64,000 nt of DNA from Pedosphaera sp. (lineage in GTDB: Bacteria; Verrucomicrobiota; Verrucomicrobiia; Limisphaerales; SIBH01): assembly GCA_031414955.1 (NCBI GenBank), contig JANOQV010000067.1:13062-77061 (forward strand). Direction: 5' to 3'. Shown here piece after piece: positions 57,797 to 64,000 of the stretch. Made by a program: the position numbers and the translations under genes. Each line of letters opens with the position of its first letter. Position 1 is the first letter of the stretch. The notes beneath the pieces were generated by a model. It was not told the DNA's origin. It saw only the letters and a list, made by a program, of their open reading frames with translations, and did no database searches.

Positions 57797-57905
57797 AAAT
57801 TGTTGCTCAAGGCCAAGGAAGACGTGGGAATAGATTGGGCGCCGCTTTCGACACCGTGTGATTGCCGAGATGCTCCCGCGCCGACCTTGGGCTTTGGACA
57901 ATTTT

Positions 57906-58985
57906 TCACGAAGTCAGCGCCTTCAATTTCTCCTCCACGTCATGCGCCATCAGCGGATCGACCAGCGGATCGATGTCGCCGTCGATGACGTTGGCGAGGT
58001 TGTAGAGCGTGAGTTCGATGCGGTGATCGGTCACGCGGTTCTGGGGGAAATTGTAGGTGCGGATTTTTTCGCTGCGGTCCCCGGTGCCGACCTGATCTTT
58101 GCGCTGGGCGGCGTACTTGGCGTTCTCCTCGGCGATCTTGCGCTCCAGCAGACGCGAGCGCAGCACGGTCATGGCCTTGGCGCGGTTCTTAATCTGCGAA
58201 CGCTCGTCGGCGATGCGGACGGTCAGCCCGCTGGGCTTGTGCTGAATCTGCACGGCGGAGTCAGTGGTGTTCACACCCTGGCCGCCCTTGCCGGAGGCGC
58301 GGCAACAGGTGACTTCGATGTCGTCAGGCTTGATCTCGACGTCCACCTCCTGCGCCTCGGGCAACACGGCCACGGTGCAGGTGCTGGTGTGGATGCGGCC
58401 TTGCGCCTCAGTCGCGGGCACGCGCTGGACGCGATGCACCCCGCTCTCGTACTTGAGGCGTTTGTAAACGTCCGTGCCGGTGACGCTGAAAATGATTTCC
58501 TTGAAGCCGCCCAGATCGGACGGGCTGGAATCCATCGCCTCCACCTTCCAGCCGTGGTCCTCGGCGTAGCGGGTGTACATGCGGTAGAGATCGGCGGAGA
58601 AGAGCGCGGACTCGTTGCCGCCAGCCCCAGCGCGGATTTCAAAAATCGTGTTGCGTGAGTCGGTCGGGTCGGGCGGAAGAATTCCTGACTGCACGGCGAG
58701 GGAGAGGCGCCTTTCCTCCGGCTCGATCCGCAAGATCTCTTCGCGGGCCATCTGGGCCAGCTCCGAGTTTTCGTCCTCGGTCTGGAGCAGAGCGCGGTTC
58801 TCGGTCAGGTCGCGCTCGACTTTCAGGTAAATGTCGCTGTCGGCCACGAGTCCCTTGAGTCGGGCGTATTCTTTGGAAAGTTCCTGGAACTTCTGGTTGT
58901 TGGCAAAAGTCTTGGGGTCGCTGAGGAGGGCTTCAACCTCGGCAAAGCGCTGGCGGAACTTCTCGATGTGTGGCTTCAGATCCAT
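57906..58985 (-). CDS. prfA: Peptide chain release factor 1
   Basis: GGQ motif, VQRVPATE (PxT of RF1) and IRTYNFPQNRVTDHRI. Confidence 0.96.
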   Translation of the reverse strand: MDLKPHIEKFRQRFAEVEALLSDPKTFANNQKFQELSKEYARLKGLVADSDIYLKVERDLTENRALLQTEDENSELAQMAREEILRIEPEERRLSLAVQSGILPPDPTDSRNTIFEIRAGAGGNESALFSADLYRMYTRYAEDHGWKVEAMDSSPSDLGGFKEIIFSVTGTDVYKRLKYESGVHRVQRVPATEAQGRIHTSTCTVAVLPEAQEVDVEIKPDDIEVTCCRASGKGGQGVNTTDSAVQIQHKPSGLTVRIADERSQIKNRAKAMTVLRSRLLERKIAEENAKYAAQRKDQVGTGDRSEKIRTYNFPQNRVTDHRIELTLYNLANVIDGDIDPLVDPLMAHDVEEKLKALTS

Positions 58986-59065
58986 TCAGTCACGGAGTGG
59001 CAGGCGGAAAGACGCAGATTGCAGGCGAGGGCATCCGGCAACTCAACCTGCGAACGGCAACCACC

Positions 59066-59109
59066 AAAAAGCAATCCGCCCGCGGTGCGCGGACGCACTG
59101 CGGGCGGAT
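59066..59109 (-). terminator. Intrinsic terminator after rpmE
   Basis: Stem atccgcccgcggtgcg / cgcactgcgggcggat followed on the minus strand by TGCTTTTT. Confidence 0.65.
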
Positions 59110-59123
59110 GCGAGAGTCGGTGG

Positions 59124-59375
59124 CTACTTCTTCTTCTTCTTGCCGGCGGTTTCCGCGGCGGCGGCCTGCGCGGCCTGGGTCTTGGCCATGCGCTGCTGGA
59201 ACTTGTCCACGCGGCCGGCCGTATCAATGAACTTCTGCGTGCCCGTGTAGAACGGATGGCAGTTGTTGCAGATGCCGATGATGGTGACCGGCTTCACGGA
59301 ACGGGTCTTGATCACGTTGCCGCAGGCGCAACGAATCTCCGCCTCGCGATAATTCGGATGAATGTCAGCTTTCAT
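59124..59375 (-). CDS. rpmE: 50S ribosomal protein L31 (Zn-binding type)
   Basis: [32 protein letters not shown]. Confidence 0.96.
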   Translation of the reverse strand: MKADIHPNYREAEIRCACGNVIKTRSVKPVTIIGICNNCHPFYTGTQKFIDTAGRVDKFQQRMAKTQAAQAAAAETAGKKKKK

Positions 59376-59448
59376 ATTAAAGGGGCGACACGGTATCAGC
59401 GGACCGTCCTTTGACAAGCGCGATTTTTCGGCCCTTGAGGACGGGGTG

Positions 59449-60162
59449 TCAGGCCGCCTTGGCCTTGGAACGGGACTCCATCCACTGGAGGAGGCTCTCG
59501 AAAACCAGCCGTCCGTCCTCAGACCCCAGCAAACCTTCGCTGGCCCGCTCCGGATGCGGCATCAGGCCCGCGACGTTGCGCTGGGCGTTGCAGACGCCGG
59601 CAATGTTCTCTAGCGAGCCATTGGGATTGGAGACGTCGGTCGGTTGCCCGGCGGCGTCCACGTAGCGCCAGAGCACCTGGCCGCTGGCGTTGAGTTTGGC
59701 CAGCGTGTCCGCGTCGGCGAAGTAGCAGCCCTCGCCATGCGCAATGGGCACGCGCAAAAGTTTGGCTTCGGGAATGAACTGGGTGAAGGGCGTCTGGCGG
59801 TTCTCTGTCTTCAGGAACACATTCTCGCAGCGAAACTGGAGCGAACGGTTCCGCACCAGCGCGCCGGGCAACAACCCGGCTTCGGTGAGAATCTGAAATC
59901 CATTGCAGATGCCCAGCACGGGACCACCCTGCGCGGCGAAGTTCTGCACCGCCTGCATGATGGGGCTGAAGCGCGCGATCGCGCCGGTCCGCAGATAATC
60001 CCCGTAACTGAACCCACCGGGCACGATGACCGCATCGGCGTCGCCCAGCGAGGTGTCCTTGTGCCAGGCATAACGCGCCGAGTGGCCGAGGACATTCTTC
60101 AAGACATGCACGGCGTCCTGGTCACAATTCGAGGCCGGAAACTGGAGAACGGCGAAGTTCAT
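59449..60162 (-). CDS. purQ: Phosphoribosylformylglycinamidine synthase subunit PurQ
   Basis: [23 protein letters not shown] and MPHPER. Confidence 0.96.
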   Translation of the reverse strand: MNFAVLQFPASNCDQDAVHVLKNVLGHSARYAWHKDTSLGDADAVIVPGGFSYGDYLRTGAIARFSPIMQAVQNFAAQGGPVLGICNGFQILTEAGLLPGALVRNRSLQFRCENVFLKTENRQTPFTQFIPEAKLLRVPIAHGEGCYFADADTLAKLNASGQVLWRYVDAAGQPTDVSNPNGSLENIAGVCNAQRNVAGLMPHPERASEGLLGSEDGRLVFESLLQWMESRSKAKAA

Positions 60163-60398
60163 TCGATCTCGAAGCGATAATCTTCAATCACCGGGTTGCT
60201 GAGGATCTTGTGGCAGGCGTCGTCGATTTGTTTACGCGCCGCTTCCTTGTCCGTGCCGGTCAGTTCGATTTCCAGAAACTTGCCCACATGCACCGCGCCG
60301 ATGCCCTGGTAGCCCATCTGTTCGAGAGCGCCCTGCACGGTCTTGCCCTGGGGGTCCACGACCGCCCGTTTTGGAGTGATGATGATCTTTGCTTTCAT
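60159..60398 (-). CDS. purS: Phosphoribosylformylglycinamidine synthase subunit PurS
   Basis: DPQG..V..AL, GK..E and LSNPVIEDY. Confidence 0.95.
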   Translation of the reverse strand: MKAKIIITPKRAVVDPQGKTVQGALEQMGYQGIGAVHVGKFLEIELTGTDKEAARKQIDDACHKILSNPVIEDYRFEIE

Positions 60399-60530
60399 GC
60401 TTTCGGTTCACAACGAACCACGAGGGCCGGATCGTTCCCAACGCGCCGGGGCAAAATCAAGGGTTTCGTGTGAATTATCCGGCGCACGCCGGCGGCCAGG
60501 TTGGTTCTTGTCCGAACGCGACCAATCCAC

Positions 60531-60707
60531 TCAGGCACTCAGGCTGAATGGGGAAGGGCCGTCCTCCACCTCCGCAAACTCACCGCCATCGTCGGAATCC
60601 CAAGGCGGAGCCGGCATGCGCTTGAGCACGCACGACATGAGGGAAAAGAGAAAAACGAAGGCCAGCGCGAGCCAAAATGGTCCGGCCAAGATCAGAATAG
60701 TACGCAT
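60531..60707 (-). CDS. Small single-pass membrane protein (58 aa)
   Basis: Manual translation MRTILILAGPFWLALAFVFLFSLMSCVLKRMPAPPWDSDDGGEFAEVEDGPSPFSLSA; AGGA just upstream. Confidence 0.5.
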   Translation of the reverse strand: MRTILILAGPFWLALAFVFLFSLMSCVLKRMPAPPWDSDDGGEFAEVEDGPSPFSLSA

Positions 60708-60912
60708 GATTCCTGTGTCTTTTATGTAAATGAGTTACACGCACGCTTTCTGATGGGGCAGAGAACACACGCAATCACTGGCAGGCGCAATGGAAAAAAG
60801 CACAAAGCTATTCCCAGTTTATTCACACCACCCCCTCTTGCTCGCAGCGCTATGCTGCCAGGCTCTGATTTTCCGGCGTGTCCGCGGCGCGACTCTGTGA
60901 CACGCTTCGCCC

Positions 60913-62841
60913 ATGCCCGTTGCTGAACCTGACATTTTTGACATCCACACCAAGGGTCCCGGCCCCGCTGGCGCGCTGCCGCTCACCGAGGACATGCTGC
61001 TCAATCGCCCGAGTGGCGACATCTTCGGCCTCACGCAAAACGCCGGCATGGGCTGGAATCCGAGCGAGCTGGGGCGCAAACAGTTTCTGATTCTCAGCAC
61101 GCAGGGCGGGATGCGCGCACCCGACGGCTCACCTATCGCGCTCGGTTATCACACCGGTCACTGGGAAATTTCACTTCAAGTGCAGGCGGCAGCGGAGGAA
61201 TTGCGCCGGCTGAAAGCCATTCCGTTCGCGGCCTACTGTTCCGACCCGTGCGATGGGCGCACGCAGGGAACGGTCGGGATGTTCGACAGCCTGCCATATC
61301 GCAACGACGCGGCGATTCTGTTCCGCCGGCTGGCGCGCTCGCTGCCCACGCGTTCTGGCGTCATCGGCGTGGCGACGTGCGACAAGGGACTTCCGGCCAT
61401 GATGATGGCGCTGGCCGGGCTGCATGATTTGCCCACGGTGCTCGTGCCCGGTGGCGTCACGCTGCCGCCGGAGACTGGCGAGGACGCGGGCGCGGTGCAG
61501 ACCATTGGGGCACGGTTCGCGCGCGGGCTGCTCACGCTGCAGGAAGCGGCGGAACTGGGTTGCCGCGCGTGCGGCACACCGGGCGGCGGTTGCCAGTTTC
61601 TCGGCACGGCGGCGACTTCCCAAGTGGTGGGCGAGGCGCTCGGGCTTTCGCTGCCGCACTCCGCGCTCGCGCCGTCCGGCCAGGAAGTGTGGCGCGACAT
61701 CGCGGTCCAATCCGCACGCGCGGTGATGGAACTGGAAAGGCGCGGACTCAAAACGCGCGACATTCTGGCCGACGCGGCGATTCACAACGCGATGGCCGTC
61801 CACGCCGCGTTCGGCGGCTCGACGAATTTGTTGCTGCACATCCCCGCCATCGCCCACGCCGCCAAACTTAAACGGCCAACGTGCGATGACTGGATCGCCA
61901 TCAATCGCCGTGTGCCGCGCCTCGTATCGGTGCTGCCGAATGGGCCGGTGCATCATCCGACCGTGCGTGCCTTCCTCGCCGGGGGCGTGCCCGAGGTGAT
62001 GCTGCACCTGCGCGAACTGGGCGTGCTGGAGCTGGGCGCACTCACGGTCACGGGCAAAACGGTGGGCGAAAATCTCGCGGCTTGGGAAACGTCGGAACGG
62101 CGCGCGCGCTTCAAACAGTTGCTCCTCGAACGCGACGGCGTGGCGGCGGACGACGTGATCATGTCGCCCGCCCAAGGCGCCGCGCGCGGACTGACCAGCA
62201 CGGTCACTTTCCCCCGCGGCAACCTCGCCCCCGAAGGTTCGGTGGTGAAGAGCACATCCATCGATCCCTCGGTGGTCGGCGCGGACGGCGTGTTCCGCAT
62301 TGAAGGGCCGGCGCGGGTTTTTGTGCGCGAGAGCGAGGCCATCACGGCCTTGAAGCAAGGGACGATCAAGGCCGGCGACGTGATGGTGCTGTGTGGCTGC
62401 GGGCCGGCGGGCACGGGCATGGAGGAGACGTATCAGATTACTTCCGCGCTCAAGCACCTGCCCTTTGGCAAGCATGTCGGCCTCATCACCGACGCGCGCT
62501 TCAGCGGCGTCTCGACCGGCGCGTGCATCGGACACGTCGGGCCGGAGGCGTTGGCGGGCGGGCCGATCGGCAAGGTGCGCGAGGGCGATGTGATCCGCAT
62601 CGTCATTGATCGGCTGCGGCTCGAAGGCTCGGTGGATTTCGTGGGGGAGAGCGGACGGGTGTTCTCGCCGGAGGAAGGCGCGCGGATTCTCACGACGCGG
62701 ACGCGGCGCGCAGATTTGGCTCCGCACCCGCAACTGCCCGACGACACCAAACTCTGGGCCGCGCTCCAGCAAGTGAGCGGGGGCACCTGGGGCGGATGTG
62801 TCTATGACGCCGACGCGATCACTACGGCAGTGCATCGATGA
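60913..62841 (+). CDS. YjhG/YagF-family D-xylonate dehydratase (IlvD/Edd family)
   Basis: [51 protein letters not shown] and TDARFSG. Confidence 0.92.
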   Translation: MPVAEPDIFDIHTKGPGPAGALPLTEDMLLNRPSGDIFGLTQNAGMGWNPSELGRKQFLILSTQGGMRAPDGSPIALGYHTGHWEISLQVQAAAEELRRLKAIPFAAYCSDPCDGRTQGTVGMFDSLPYRNDAAILFRRLARSLPTRSGVIGVATCDKGLPAMMMALAGLHDLPTVLVPGGVTLPPETGEDAGAVQTIGARFARGLLTLQEAAELGCRACGTPGGGCQFLGTAATSQVVGEALGLSLPHSALAPSGQEVWRDIAVQSARAVMELERRGLKTRDILADAAIHNAMAVHAAFGGSTNLLLHIPAIAHAAKLKRPTCDDWIAINRRVPRLVSVLPNGPVHHPTVRAFLAGGVPEVMLHLRELGVLELGALTVTGKTVGENLAAWETSERRARFKQLLLERDGVAADDVIMSPAQGAARGLTSTVTFPRGNLAPEGSVVKSTSIDPSVVGADGVFRIEGPARVFVRESEAITALKQGTIKAGDVMVLCGCGPAGTGMEETYQITSALKHLPFGKHVGLITDARFSGVSTGACIGHVGPEALAGGPIGKVREGDVIRIVIDRLRLEGSVDFVGESGRVFSPEEGARILTTRTRRADLAPHPQLPDDTKLWAALQQVSGGTWGGCVYDADAITTAVHR

Positions 62842-62911
62842 GTGCGGCGACGGAGCGCGGACAGCCATGACCGCGCGATCCGAAGTTGGAGAGGTGATGG
62901 CAAAGCCCGGC

Positions 62912-62980
62912 CGGAGCGCCGAGCATTGCTCGGCTTGGTGAGATCCCGCCGGCTCGTGCCGAGCAATGCTCGGCGCTCCG
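62912..62980. repeat. REPIN-like inverted repeat between convergent genes
   Basis: cggagcgccgagcattgctcggc mirrored by gccgagcaatgctcggcgctccg; a half element at about 62851. Confidence 0.85.
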
Positions 62981-62999
62981 ATGGTCGGGTCGCGCCGCT

Positions 63000-63833
63000 C
63001 TACTTCTTCACCACCGGACCGATGGGCAGCAGGGGCGCGCGCAGCTTCTTGTAGAGCCAGGCTTCGAGCGGGCGCAGCGGCAGCATCCAGCGATAGAGCG
63101 GCGAGTAATACAGCCGCAGCCGGAGCACGGAGAGGAACATCACCGTGGCGCTGCGGCCCAGGCTGCGCGTCACGGTCGAGCCGAGCTTGTCCGTCCATTC
63201 GATGGGGAACTCGACCACGCTGAACCCGGCCCGGCGCAGCGCGTAAATGAAATTCACATCGAAGGCGAGGTCGGCCACGCGCAGGTGGGGATGAATGGTC
63301 TGCGCCGCCTCGCGGCGCACCACCTTGGCCGGGCATTGCGTGTCCTTGTAGCCCATCCAGAAAAACGCCTGCACGATGTAGTGAAACCCGCGACTGATGA
63401 ACCGGCGGATGGTTGTCTGGCTCTGGTGCAGCACGGACTCCGGCAGCCAGCGCGAGCCGATGATGCAGTCCGCGCCCGTGTCATCGAGCTTCTTGACCAG
63501 CGTGTGGAAGGCTTCGGGGGAGGTGGCCCCATCGGCATCGACGTAGCCGATCACGTCCGTGATCGAGGCCAGTTTCAGTCCCTCGATCAACGCGCCGCCC
63601 TTGCCGATGGGCGCGGGGAAGTTCAGCAAATGAATGGTCGGGAATTCCTTCGCCGCCGCCTGCACCACGCCGAGCGTGTTGTCGCGGCAGCCGTTCAACA
63701 CCACGACCAGTTGGAAGCGCCCGGAAAACTCGCGCTGGAAATAGGCCGCGAATTCCCGCAGGACCGGCCCAATGCGCTCCTCCTCGTTGTAGGCCGGAAC
63801 GAGCAGCAGCAGGCTTTGGTCGGAGGCGCTCAT
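63000..63833 (-). CDS. Glycosyltransferase family 2 (dolichyl-phosphate glucosyltransferase-like)
   Basis: VPAYNEE, GKGGA, YVDADG, IGSR, DTQCPAK and AFDV. Confidence 0.92.
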   Translation of the reverse strand: MSASDQSLLLLVPAYNEEERIGPVLREFAAYFQREFSGRFQLVVVLNGCRDNTLGVVQAAAKEFPTIHLLNFPAPIGKGGALIEGLKLASITDVIGYVDADGATSPEAFHTLVKKLDDTGADCIIGSRWLPESVLHQSQTTIRRFISRGFHYIVQAFFWMGYKDTQCPAKVVRREAAQTIHPHLRVADLAFDVNFIYALRRAGFSVVEFPIEWTDKLGSTVTRSLGRSATVMFLSVLRLRLYYSPLYRWMLPLRPLEAWLYKKLRAPLLPIGPVVKK

Positions 63834-64000
63834 GAGGGCGGCAGCAGAAGGCTCAACAAAGCGGCGCGGGCAGGTTGGATGGTTGCCCACTTCCAGAAAA
63901 GTGCGCGGCCTTCCCCCTCCGCCTGAACCGGAGCGCCGGCGGGCGGGGCCGGGGTGGGCCCCCGGGCCCCCCAAACCCCCGCGGGCCCCCGCGCGGCCGG

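Noticed and set aside
1824..63336. Long antisense or alternative-frame ORFs (e.g. 1824-3269, 4115-5809, 11948-13717, 30699-32789, 61171-63336)
   Set aside because: Shadows of real genes, expected in GC-rich DNA with strong codon bias.
63900..64000. Extremely GC-rich low-complexity tail, possible G-quadruplex
   Set aside because: Homopolymer-rich sequence at the window edge looks like low-quality or contig-end sequence and cannot be interpreted.

Overview
A GC-rich bacterial chromosomal segment. Gene content and style suggest Verrucomicrobiota (Pedosphaera/Limisphaerales-like); this is an inference. The backbone is housekeeping and envelope genes: rmuC, a BatA/vWA/DUF4175-type cluster, a TPR/FG-GAP/UnbV lipoprotein, addB-addA, a Cus-type RND heavy-metal efflux operon, pyrE, yebC, tyrA-aroA, a Gld-like ABC/DUF4340/AsmA cluster, a partial sugar ABC operon with an aldolase, lysA, prfA, rpmE, purQ/purS, a xylonate-type dehydratase and a GT2. 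I found no rRNA, tRNA, CRISPR array, integrase or transposase. Three less obvious patterns stand out. (1) Three of four small toxin-antitoxin-like modules sit between two copies of a host gene terminus (rmuC 3' end, ABC permease 3' end, lipoprotein 5' end). Each cassette seems to have arrived with a replacement gene end and left the old end as a scar, with no recombinase gene nearby. (2) A MITE-like element with arms made of heptamer repeats, plus other spacers, occupies translationally coupled gene junctions. Several such spacers carry an open mini-ORF running from the upstream stop codon to the downstream start codon. (3) Many REP/REPIN-like palindromes occur, several inserted in frame inside proteins.
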